A DNA stretch of 64,000 nucleotides, taken from the NCBI GenBank assembly GCA_037447605.1, contig CM074820.1:434001-498000 (forward strand), given 5' to 3'. Positions within the stretch are counted from its first letter, which is position 1, and each line of letters opens with the position of its first letter. The notes under the pieces were generated by a model. It ran no database searches. It worked only from the letters and a program-made list of their open reading frames with translations, and had not been told where the DNA came from. This document shows positions 11,401 through 23,242 of this stretch, in pieces. A program made the position numbers and the translations under genes. Source of the stretch: Zygnema circumcarinatum SAG 698-1b. Taxonomy: Eukaryota > Plantae > Zygnematophyceae.

Positions 11401-13852
11401 TTCATGGACAAAAACTTCTTCAGAAAACGTCTTTCTTACAAAATCTGAATCCTTCACATGATACATTCTTTGGTATGTTCCTAAGATTTTATTACATTTC
11501 TGCCCTCCAGCTACTTCCGGGGTTCATTATGGTGATCCCCGGAATAATCGGCCGAGCTTTATATATAAAAGAGGGGCTACCCACACCGGCGGGGGATTCC
11601 ACTGCTTACGATAAAGTCTATCCATGGCTCGTTATGAATGGTGAGAGAGACAGAAATAGAGGGATCTCTATATCATTTTTTTCTGAAAAATAATTGTTTT
11701 TACAATCTGTCTATGGCATTGGGGCTTACTTCGAAATTTACTTTGCGTCGCTTTGTTTAATTCTTATTCTTTCTTAGGGTTTTTAGGGTTTCATTTCCTG
11801 GGTATCTTTTTCTTTGTGGCGGACTTAATAATTACCTAATGAGCATACCCTCGTTTTCTGTCTCTCTCTCTTTCACTTCTTTCTCCTCGTTTTGCTCTAT
11901 TTTCCTTCTCTCCTTCGCCTCACCATCCATCCCTTCCCACTCCCTTCCCTCCCATCCTCTTCTCCCCTCCCCATCCTATCTCATATTTTCACTCTCTCCC
12001 TTCCTTCTTTCTTTCAATTCCTCTATCATTGTTCTCCACCTCACCTGTCTTTCTCCCCCGTCCACTCACTCTCTCTCCTTTCTTCCACTCCCCTCCACTC
12101 TCTCCCCCCACCCTCCACGTTAACCTTCCCTCCTTTCCCCTCCTCCCCCTTTTCCTCTACCTGTTTCCTCCCCTTTCCCCTTCATTTCTTTCCCTCACTC
12201 TCCTCCCTTCCTCCCTCCCCACCTACCTCCCTCCCCCTCCCCCTTCTCCCTCTCCCATCCCCTTTCCCCCCTCCCTCCCTCCCCCTCCTTTCTCTCCCTT
12301 CCCCTTTCCCCCTCTCTCCCTCCCTCCCTCCCTCCCTCCCNNNNNNNNNNCCCAGTGATGCCGGTGAACACCCGCGGGCTCGTCCTCGCCGCCATGCTCT
12401 CCGCCCTCATGGGCCATCTCGCGGCGGTCATGAACTCCTGCGCGACCATCGTGGCCGAGAACGTGTTCGCCACATGGCGGCCCGCGAGCTCCCCCGCGCG
12501 GCTGGTCCTGGTCGGTCGCGTCACGGTCCTGGCGGTCGCGGCCCTGAGCGCGGCGTGGCTGCCCGTCATCCCGCGCTTCGGCGCGCAGCTCTTCTACTTC
12601 GTGCAAGAGCCGCCGGCCTTCATGGCGCCGCCGATCCTTGCAATGTTCCTGTGCGGGGTCGCGTTCCGTCACGTCACGGCGGAGGCGGCGGAGTGGACTA
12701 TTTCGATAGGCGTCGGGTTTGGGGCGATAAGGTGGGTTGGAAGGCTCCCCCCCCCCTCTCTTTCTCGCGCTCTCTCTCTCGCGCGCTCTCTCTCTCTCTC
12801 TCTCTCCCCCTCTCGTTCTCTCTTTCGCTCTCTTTGCAGCTCTCTCTCTCTCACTCTCTCTTTCTCTGGTCCTTACCTTTCACTATCTCTCCGTCGACTT
12901 CCCTCTCCCGCCCCCTCACTCATGTCCTTGTCCACGTCCTCTATTGACTCTTTCTGTCTCCCTTCCCTCTCTGAACATCCCTCTCTCCCTTCTCCAAGTC
13001 ACCCATCTCTCCCTTCTCCCCCTTCTTCCTTTCCCCCCCCCGCTTTATCTTACCCCGCCAGGACCCAACCTCCGACCCAAAGCGTCGCTTTTGACATTCA
13101 CTCTACTCCGTTCTGCCTTTCACCGTCCCTTTCTTGTGGGTTTGTTTTCCCTTCACTTGACAGGTTTGCAGCGCAGCTTATTGTGGGGTATGCGGATCGC
13201 TACATCCCCATCATAAGCCCCATTTCATCCATCCAATTCCTTGAATTTGCTTGTGGGAACTTCATCTTCTCCATGTCCCTTTTATTCCTTATCAGCTACT
13301 TCCGCCCACATAACCGCAACTGGGATGTGAGCTCTCAACTCCCCCCNNNNNNNNNNCCCCCCCCCCCCCCCCCCCCCCCCCCCTTCCGCCTCATCTCCCC
13401 TTCCTCTCCTTCAAATTGGATGCTTAGTATGCGATATATGAGTTTGCATGACTACATACATACTGAAAACCCAAATCCCAAGAACTTAAAACTTAAAACC
13501 TAGCAAGTAAAGAAGCCCTACCAATGCATGTGGACATAAGTGCGGCTATGGGCACTATGTTAATTATTTCCTGCCTATAACTATGTTGGCACCTTCTCAG
13601 AAGGAGTCGTCCCGACTGTTATGGAGACAGGGACTTTATTGGGAGCTTCTAGACGAGGCTGAGGCTAACGGCACATCTTCAGAGGCTCCGGCGCCGCCAA
13701 AGTCACATAGTGATGTTGAAGGGAGCCAACATCACTCGTCCCGAACATCACCCTCTTCTGATCATCACCGAGTGCTTCGAAAACGAGCCATCAATATTGC
13801 GGCGGTGGGTTCCCTTGTTTGCTTTGGAGCCGTCGTTTTTACTTTTAGGTAA
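8449..13852 (+). CDS. Sodium:solute symporter family (SSS/SLC5), SGLT/SMIT-like sugar or inositol transporter
   Basis: Exons 8449-8768, 9634-9844, 10348-10583, 10922-11006, 11294-11371, 11511-11640, 12356-12731, 13164-13326, 13601-13852 splice in frame. Motifs YFLAG, SLFSANIGAEHFVALAG, WYEW, TMPEFIEKRF, YTVGGGLAAVVYTEALQ, PWPG..WFWATDQVIVQR and YLKLLPGFIMVIPG parallel SGLT1/vSGLT. Confidence 0.92.
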
Positions 13853-14694
13853 ATTAGAGATTCCACTTAGTGTTCGGGTTCAGGGAAATGTCTTCATTGA
13901 AGGAACCCCACTAAGGGTTTTTCATTGTTTTCTCTTTTTAATCAATTTATAGGATAAAAGGGGAATCTGAGGGCCAAGGTGTTGGTCAATTAGGGGAATG
14001 AAATGTGGGGAAGGAAGAGGAATGTACATACTTTTTGAACCAGAGTCATGCTAAATAGGTGAATAATTGGTCGTAAGTAAAGAGCACAACGCTACGGTGT
14101 TGCGGGCACAACCATGAAGGCACAGTTGTTGCCACAAGCGTTCCATGTACTCCAGTTTATGGGTTTGAGCGTTCCCTGAGCCTAAAACTGTAACTGGATG
14201 GTTTGACGGCACATGTTCACGCTGCGGTTGCGACGGACAGTTCGCAGTGGAGAAAGGCACTCCGATCACACCCCTGTGCAAATACCTTCGTTCTGAATTG
14301 AGGGCACAGCCTTATGATGTAAAGAACACACCATTACATCATTAAGGGCACACCTTTGATAAATCGAGAATGAACCAGCACTTTTCAATGCAATCACAAC
14401 GAATTGATGAACCATAGAAGCTGAAAGGTTAAATCACTTTTCAGTTTAAACATCAGAAGCTGACTACATACAATGAATTAGAGACGTGCTCTTATTGGCT
14501 GAAATCATGGAACGCTGAATTCCTGAAGCTTCAATTCCCCGCTTTAATTTCCCATCACTTAATAGCAACTCCTTCAACTGCACCAGTTATTCCTAAAGAG
14601 AGCTTCACACACAAATCTTACCTCCTCCTGCCGATTCTCCTCTCCTTCCTTCTCTCCCCATCCCCCCCTCTCCCTCTCCCTCTCNNNNNNNNNN

Positions 14695-16010
14695 CCCCCC
14701 CCCCCCCCCCCCCCCCCCCCCTTCCGCCTCATCTCCCTTCCTCTCCTTCAAATTGGATGCTTAGTATGCGATATATGAGTTTGCATGACTACATACATAC
14801 TGAAAACCCAAATCCCAAGAACTTAAAACTTAAAACCTAGCAAGTAAAGAAGCCCTACCAATGCATGTGGACATAAGTGCGGCTATGGGCACTATGTTAA
14901 TTATTTCCTGCCTATAACTATGTTGGCACCTTCTCAGAAGGAGTCGTCCCGACTGTTATGGAGACAGGGACTTTATTGGGAGCTTCTAGACGAGGCTGAG
15001 GCTAACGGCACATCTTCAGAGGCTCCGGCGCCGCCAAAGTCACATAGTGATGTTGAAGGGAGCCAACATCACTCGTCCCGAACATCACCCTCTTCATCAT
15101 CACCGAGTGCTTCGAAAACGAGCCATCAATATTGCGGCGGTGGGTTCCCTTGTTTGCTTTGGAGCCGTCGTTTTTACTTTTAGGTAAATTAGAGATTCCA
15201 CTTAGTGTTCGGGTTCAGGGAAATGTCTTCATTGAAGGAACCCCACTAAGGGTTTTTCATTGTTTTCTCTTTTTAATCAATTTATAGGATAAAAGGGGAA
15301 TCTGAGGGCCAAGGTGTTGGTCAATTAGGGGAATGAAATGTGGGGAAGGAAGAGGAATGTACATACTTTTTGAACCAGAGTCATGCTAAATAGGTGAATA
15401 ATTGGTCGTAAGTAAAGAGCACAACGCTACGGTGTTGCGGGCACAACCATGAAGGCACAGTTGTTGCCACAAGCGTTCCATGTACTCCAGTTTATGGGTT
15501 TGAGCGTTCCCTGAGCCTAAAACTGTAACTGGATGGTTTGACGGCACATGTTCACGCTGCGGTTGCGACGGACAGTTCGCAGTGGAGAAAGGCACTCCGA
15601 TCACACCCCTGTGCAAATACCTTCGTTCTGAATTGAGGGCACAGCCTTATGATGTAAAGAACACACCATTACATCATTAAGGGCACACCTTTGATAAATC
15701 GAGAATGAACCAGCACTTTTCAATGCAATCACAACGAATTGATGAACCATAGAAGCTGAAAGGTTAAATCACTTTTCAGTTTAAACATCAGAAGCTGACT
15801 ACATACAATGAATTAGAGACGTGCTCTTATTGGCTGAAATCATGGAACGCTGAATTCCTGAAGCTTCAATTCCCCGCTTTAATTTCCCATCACTTAATAG
15901 CAACTCCTTCAACTGCACCAGTTATTCCTAAAGAGAGCTTCACACACAAATCTTACCTCCTCCTGCCGATTCTCCTCTCCTTCCTTCTCTCCCCATCCCC
16001 CCCTCTCCCT
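14695..16010 (+). repeat. Near-identical tandem copy (about 1.34 kb) of the symporter's last exon and 3' flank
   Basis: Duplicates about 13337-14684 (offset 1337, then 1335). A 2-nt deletion (tcttc-tg-atcatc to tcttc-atcatc) frameshifts the exon copy. Both copies start at N gaps. Confidence 0.85.
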
Positions 16011-16314
16011 CTCCCTCTCCAGCTTCTCCCACTCCCACTCCCACTCCCACTCCCACTCCCACTCCCTCTCCCTCTCCCTCTCCCTCTNNNNNNNNNNCCT
16101 CTCCCTCTCCCTCTCCCTCTCCCTCTCCCTCTACCTCTCCCTCTCCCTCTCCATCTCCCCTCCCTCCCATGTCCCACTACACATGAATCCACTACAAACT
16201 ATGGCTTTCCTTCTTCCTCCAGTCGCAATCACGAAAGTAAAACAAACCCTTTTATCATCTGATGTTAATATTCACAAATTCGCGCCCACCCTACCCTCTA
16301 TACATTCACGAAGT

Positions 16315-17540
16315 TCACTGATATTGGCGAAGGTCCTCCTCCGAAGCCCTCAAGATCGGCACAAGCACTTTGGGAGGTTCGATTTCCGGAAAGTCCTCAC
16401 TGAAGGTGCTCTCCGTTCTCTTTGAACAGAACTGAACATGGAGCGCTCCGTTGGCATCCTCACGGAGCTCATATAGCGCCTCCCCAGCTCCGAAGTTTCC
16501 AAGCAATTGATATGACTGCTCGGATCCGTCCATGGCTACACATATGTCATCGGAACCTGCAGATTGAGGGGCAACAGCAGAAGGTGACAGAAGAGAAGGC
16601 AGAAAGAATGAGGCAAAGGATTGTGAGTGATAGAGAGTACAAAGGATATGCTCACATGCAGCATGCTCGAGCTGCGTGCTGTAAATGAACTCGAGCAGCT
16701 CCGAGGCGGAGCGTTCAAAGTCATGCAGCGCTTTGTTGTGCTCGCGAAGACGCCGCAGCTTGCTCAGGCCCTCGCCGAGCTCCACCATGGCTCCGCGGTG
16801 GTTCTGAAGCAGGACAGAGAGAGAGAGAGAGAGGGAGAGAGAGAGAGAGAGAGAGAGGGAGGGAGAGAGAGAGGGAGGGAGGGATGGTGAGAAAAAGAGA
16901 CAGAGAACAGAGACAGACAGAAGGAGAGAGTGAAAGAACGACATGAAGGGAGAACTCTAAAAAAAGGAACAGAAAGCAAAAGACAAAAAGAAAAAATGCC
17001 AGGAAAAGCAGTACTTTATGAAGAATCTCTTCATTTAAAACTGAAAATATAAATTAAACTACGTTTTTAAACTATTTAAAGAAATAAAAGAGAAATGATG
17101 CACCTGGTTCAAAAGATGATACATTCCCACTGAGCATTGTAACACTCCGTGAATAATTCCACGTTGGGGCTCTCCCGCTCCGTTCCAAAGCTCCTCCAAC
17201 ACGTCGTGACAGCGATAGTACTCCCCCGCATTGAAGAGAGCCACTCCCTCCTCCCACTTCCCTGAGCTCTCCTGTAATGCTGCCACGTCATCATCATCCC
17301 ACCGCCAGGCTTGTACTCTCACTCTCCGTGAGAGAGCATTCTCCCTCTTAATAACTCCAAATGGGATACAATTTATAGAATTTTTTTCATAATTGGGATG
17401 TGGATAGGTGAAGGAGAATCGCTGGGTAAAGAAATTACGAGTTGGGTCCTTTGAGAAGATTGAGTGAAGGTATGCATTGGGGGGCGGTGGGGAGGGAGGA
17501 GAGGGGAGGCTGATTGGCAGAAACCCACAAGGGAGGTCAT
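16315..17540 (-). CDS. DUF309 domain protein (plant type, probably plastid-targeted)
   Basis: Exons 17540-17439 (inferred), 17346-17104, 16803-16656, 16556-16315. Peptides WEEGVALFNAGEYYRCHDVLEELW, GVLQCSVGMYHLLNQNHRGAMVELGEG and ICVAMDGSEQSYQLLG match the plant DUF309 pattern. Confidence 0.88.
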
Positions 17541-18518
17541 TTTTTGGAAAAGTAAAGGGGAGATATAGTTAGAGAGGAGGTGAGGAGTTGAAATTAGGTT
17601 TTGTGGATGAGGTTATCTGTGAAATTGAATGAGATAGAGTTTAGATGTTAGGAGGAAGGAAGAGAAGGCAAAGTGAGAGTGGATGGAGGAGGGAGAGTGA
17701 GAGGGAGGGAAGGAGAGAAAGGAGATAACATTTAATACTCGTACCGACAATTTGGTCTTTAATATCGTATCGAAGTCTCCGTGCCAATACCGTAATTGAT
17801 ATCGTATCGCCAAATCAGTCCTAATATCGTATAGTTGTATTGGTAATAAATATCGTATCTGACATTTCGCTTTGGTAACGTATTGAATATCCACTTCGAA
17901 ATTTTACCGATATCATAATCGAATATGGTATCGAATATCGTATCGAGATACTCAGTTTCAGTTTCCATTTGGGGTGTAGCCTAAGTGGTTTAGCGATCTT
18001 CAGCCGTACTTTAAGCACGTAAACCAATCGCTGACGAAAAGGTGTACAACTAGCTCGTTCTTGCACACATGGCATTCCATGATGGAATNNNNNNNNNNNN
18101 NNNNNNNNNNNNNNNNNNNNNNNNNNNNNNNNNNNNNNNNNNNNNNNNNNNNNNNNNNNNNNNNNNNNNNNNNNNNNNNNNNNNNNNNACTGTATCGATA
18201 TTTTATTAAATATCGTATTGATGAGCAGTTTTGGTATCGTATCGATCATTCGGACGCTGTTATGAACGACCTCGTCATTTTTTAAGAAAAAAATGCTTGA
18301 AAGGCAAGGTTTGTAATTATCGAATTTCTGCGACCCAATGGGCAACGACTTGTCGACCACCAAAAGAAAAAATTCTCAAAAAAAACCCGAGGCACACTAC
18401 ACAGCAGATGGGAATCGACAGCAGTTTTGAAATATGTACATCAAAAACTAAGTTTTTCCATCCATCACCGCTCGAACATCCTTCCAAACAATCAAAAAAA
18501 TTGAATATATGTCAAAAT

Positions 18519-21500
18519 TCAATCTATAACAATGTACTCTATCTCCTTCTCCTTAGCATTAACACGTTCCTCTTTCTTCTTGCCCTCTCCCATCTCAAAA
18601 CCAGCATTCACACCCTTCTCCCTCCTTCCGACTCCACCTCCCTCCCACACTCTCCCTCTCGCTCCCCTCCACCCTTTCTCCTCTTCTTCTCCCTCTCTCT
18701 CTCCTCCCACCCCTTCAGCTCTCTCCTCCATTCCTCCTCTCTCTCCCTCCTTCCTTACCTCCATCCTCCCAGCCACCTCAATATAGCCATCCCCTCCTCC
18801 CTCCCCTACCTTCCCCCCATCCTCACTTGTCTTCAAATCGATTCCTCTCTCGCCGCTCTCCTGTCTCTGCTTCATCCCCTCTCTCTCCTCTCCCTCCTCC
18901 TCTTTCTCCTCTCCCTTCTTCCCATCCTCTCTTTCGCCCTTCTTCAAGCCCTTCAAGTCTCCTGGGAGTCGTTCCAAAATTTTATCCAAAGGCAAAACTG
19001 TCACCTGCCTTGTCTCTCTCATTTCCCGAACAAGAGAAAAGATTATTTCGTCGCATGCTAGCTGACCCACCTCCACCAGCCCTCTCTTTTTGCCAAACTG
19101 AACACGCACTGGGAGAGGTGGTTTCTTTCCGTTCCGTACACCCTGAGATTCAAAACGAGGCCAACTCCTACTTTCAGATTCTTCCCTCCCAGCCGATGGA
19201 CATTCCTGCTGCCCTGCTGCCATAAAATGGGGATTCTTAAAAACTGGGGTTGGACGAAATGGGCGATCTGCCACATTTGCAAATTTAGGAAGTGGAGGCA
19301 AAAAAATTGGTGGAGCACTGTCTACTGTCTTCTTCACTGAAGTTCCGAGCCCTTGTTTGGGGTTTACATGTGGCAAGCAGTCAACATCTGAACGGAACTG
19401 TGGCATGGAAGCAGGTCCTTGAAGCTGTTGAACGACGGTTTTTGCATCAGATTCCACTGTCAGTTTAGTACACGGAGTGAGTCCATTGACTGGCAAAACC
19501 TTCTGTGATGAAGCTGAGACATGGCTTGTCCATGTATTACTTCCCAAAACCTGCTCCGCTCTTCTGTTGGCTGCTTGGCTTCCCTCGCTCCTTGCATTCT
19601 GAATTGAAGATGATGGCAATCCAGAAAGAAAGCCTTTCCTGGATGCAGCTGCTTCCTCTTGTTGCTGTGCATTCACCCCCCCTCGTTCTTTCTCTCCTTT
19701 CTGTCGAAGAATCTCCAGCAGAGCCATTGATACATCTCTGCCATTTGAAACTACTTCTTCTCCTTTTGAAAAAGCTCGACTTCTGTGCGCATCCTCCCCT
19801 TGTTCCGTACTTTGTTCATAACTACTAAACAACGGCTGAGCCGGACCACTATCTCTTCCTCCAGTTTCAGATCTCTGCTGATTTTCAGACGTTACATGTC
19901 TACTACCCATAGGCAAAACCCCCCCCGAACTCGATGCTTGAGGATACCCATGCTGCTGCGAATTATTTTCAAAAAATGCATCACTTAAAGTGCTTACTTT
20001 TGCCTGCAGAAGAGACGCCATCCATGATTGAAACGCTTCCTTCAAATCAGTTGTTCGGTTTTGATCTGTGGGTAAGCCCACACTGTTGCTCTGCACATCT
20101 GCATTCAACTTCATCAACCGTTGTCGCTGATGTTCTTGTTGTTGCTGCTGCTGCTGTTGTAAAAGTTTTTCTTGAAGTTGTTGCAGTTGAAGACGTCGTC
20201 GTTTCTGTTGTAGAAGTTGTTGCTCTTGTTGTTGAATTTGTTGCAGAAGTTGTTGCTGTTGTTGAAATTTTTGTCGTTGTTGTTGTAGAAGTTGTTGCTG
20301 TTGTTGTTGTTGATGAATATGATGATCGTAATGGTGATGCCCCATGATGTTATCGGCAGACGTATGTTGCAGGTTACATGATGGTGCAGAGGACAGATGA
20401 TGCTGGAAATGGGAAGGATTCGTTCTCCCTACGTTGCTGCTATTGCCGATGTTATGTAGCCGGTCGTGATGATGGATTTGCTCAATCGAGCCTCTACATC
20501 TTTCGAGTTCCATGGGAGAGCAAAAGTAGCCATTGCTATCGCTACTACAAGGGAGACCAGCACTACTGAAGTAGCCTCCATTAACAGCATGCTGTGACAA
20601 GGGGGTCATCACTGGTTGAGTACCTTCTGCTCGGGTACCAGATAATGTACCCAGACGCCTCCTCTTTCCAGGTTCATTCAGCCATAGGCCTTGTGAAGCA
20701 ACGTCCACGCCATGATAGCCCCCACTTCTGCGCTGGTCTTCTCCCTCCGGTAGAGAACTATCACAATTCGGCATCGGAATAGGAGTGGGAATTACAGTTT
20801 CATTTATTCCAGTGTTAAATTCCGTGGTTTGAAGGAAAGCCCAACATGTCCGTGCATTATATGCAACTGCGTTCCATACAGCAGCGCCTGTTTTGTCTTC
20901 AAGCTGCCATTCTGGACCATTACTACAAGGGCTGCTTACGGGGGCTATAGCTTCAACACGCTCAGTAAAAGGCTCACACAGTGAGGAGATATTTACAGTG
21001 TGGGAGGGAGAAGGAAAGATGGGTTTTTCACCCTCGATAATGTCACAGGTACTCCTCACAGGCTCGGTCGAAGGCTCACACGGAGAAGAGATATTTACAA
21101 TGTGGGGGGGAGAAAGTCGAGATGGGGAGTTGGGTTTTTCGCCCTCGATATAGTCATCGGCTTTTGCTTTAAAAGGAAGAGTAGACGAGGAATGATGAGG
21201 GTTGAAAGCATGCAGCCCAGGAAGACGTGCACTATGAAAAGTCAACGGAGAAGATATATCACCAATGTGGGTGGGAGAAGCAAGAGATGGGGAGGTGGGC
21301 TTTTTGACCTCGATAAAGTCACATATATTCACTGTGGGAGAAAATGAAGAAGCATGGCCCCCAGAAAGGCGAGCAGTATGGCGAGTGGTTCCGGTATCCA
21401 AATAATCCATCACTTCAACTCTCGAACGGAATACGCGATTCGTGTTTGGTTCATAGTAATACTGCGCATAAACGGTGGAGCTTGATTAGGAAAAAAAAGT

Positions 21501-22471
21501 CAAACCATAAATGACAATATCTGAACATATGTAGAAGGTACCCTGTTAAGCAGCAGCCAATGACAGTTTGCCACGTTTGCAGATTTTGAGACGTGGCAGG
21601 CTGTGATTGTGCAATTTACACAAAGTACCCCCAATGGAGTCCCAACCCATGTGATGCTATCAGGTTGATTCATAGACCCATTAATTTTTACAATACATAG
21701 ATGGAAGCACATGACAATGCTACATGGAATAAACATCCGCAATGCATTAAATGAATATTCTGGCGACATGACATATAACATGTATATAAAAAAACCATGA
21801 TTCACATATGCATACAAGTCCTATTTACCTTATCTTTTGTACCCGCTGACTTCCCTCCAATCCTTACTTTCTGCACCGCTCTCCATCCTTCCGGAAGCCA
21901 TGGCGGCGGCTCAAGCTCCTGAACTGCTTTTATTTGCTTTCCGTTCACGGAGGTAGGCGTTCTCTCCCTCTCTCCCCGCTTCTCCCCACTTCCCGCACTC
22001 TCCCGCTCCCCTCCTCTCTCTCGCTCCCACTCTCCCCCCCCCTCTCTCTCCTTCACTCCTCCCTCTCTCTCCCTCTCACCCCCTCCCTCTCTCTCCCTTC
22101 CTCCACTACCAGACATTGAGAAGCTATTAGGGCTTGCAAAAGAATTAGGGTTCACTGAAGAATCAACGCCAGCTGCAGAATTCGGGCTTGCTGGAGAATA
22201 AAAGGTAATTGGAACAAAATTTCGTGGAGGATGATAGTTATCTGGATTTGGAGTTGCTGAAAAAATCTGGGCAGATGAATTAGGGTTTCTTGAAGAAGTA
22301 GGGTTAGCTGTAGAACTGATAGGCGGTATAGATACAGGCTTAAACATGCGTGTGAAGTTCAAGCTGCCTGTGAAAATTGATTGAAACACTAGGGCTCCCT
22401 GGAAGACATGGCTCTGCAGCAGAATTAGGGTTAGCAGAAGCCATGGCCTCCGCCCCCTCCTCCTCCTCCAT
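18519..22471 (-). CDS. Large methyl-CpG-binding domain (MBD) protein with polyQ and low-complexity C-terminus
   Basis: MBD is split by intron 21828-21462: PPWLPEGWRAVQKVRIGGKSAGTKDK|YYYEPNTNRVFRSRVEVMDYL. The long final exon 21461-18519 is open for 981 codons. The start (ATG 22471 plus an inferred small intron) is uncertain. Confidence 0.8.
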
Positions 22472-23242
22472 GACGTCCCTCCCGCCGAATGCCCTCCTCC
22501 CTTAATTCATAGTCCATAAAAAGCATAAAGAGTGGCACCACCTCTTATTCTTTGTTCATTTTTTTTAAAGGGCTGATGATGAGAGGCGCAGAAATATCTC
22601 GCCCTAATCTTGAAACTCACATATTCAAATCTTTCGAAAAAAACAACATCTAGTTCGCTATGAAATTTTGAACCAAATTTGAAAAGGGAGAAGGCGGCGA
22701 ATGGTGGCTAGAAGCTTCCAGAAGCTTCAGGTACTCGATACGATACGATACATTATTATATCGAAACGATATTATATCATACGGTATTACGCGATACGAT
22801 ACCAAATATACGACAATACAATACAATACGATACACTTTGTCGTTACCTTCCAATGTCCACATTTCCAGTCCCAATGCTCCACGTGGTGGAAGTTCCATG
22901 CACCCCAAGCGTTAAAATAAACAGTAACGGGTATCTGTGCTTGTTTAGTGCTCCACGCTTGACAGTTCGCATAGAATCTTGGTGATCAGCTGCCTCCTGC
23001 ACCACCTTCCTTTCTCAGCCATGGCGGAAACCTGCATTGGTGTCTGCAGGAAATGATGCTTCGCAAGGAAAAACTTGTCAAACCCTAAATATGATGCATC
23101 TGTTTCGTAATATGGCACATACATTATGTATGCTGAAAGCTCTGAAGCAGAAAAGTGTAGTATAGCTAGTAGTTCTTTGTATCAGCATTCAGCAATAAGG
23201 CTACCAGAGGAAGAATCTGCGATTTTTTTAATTTGAAAATTT

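Noticed and set aside
14051-14281. 76-aa ORF present twice (also 15386-15616)
   Set aside because: The repetition is due to the 1.34-kb duplication; no motif or splice support.
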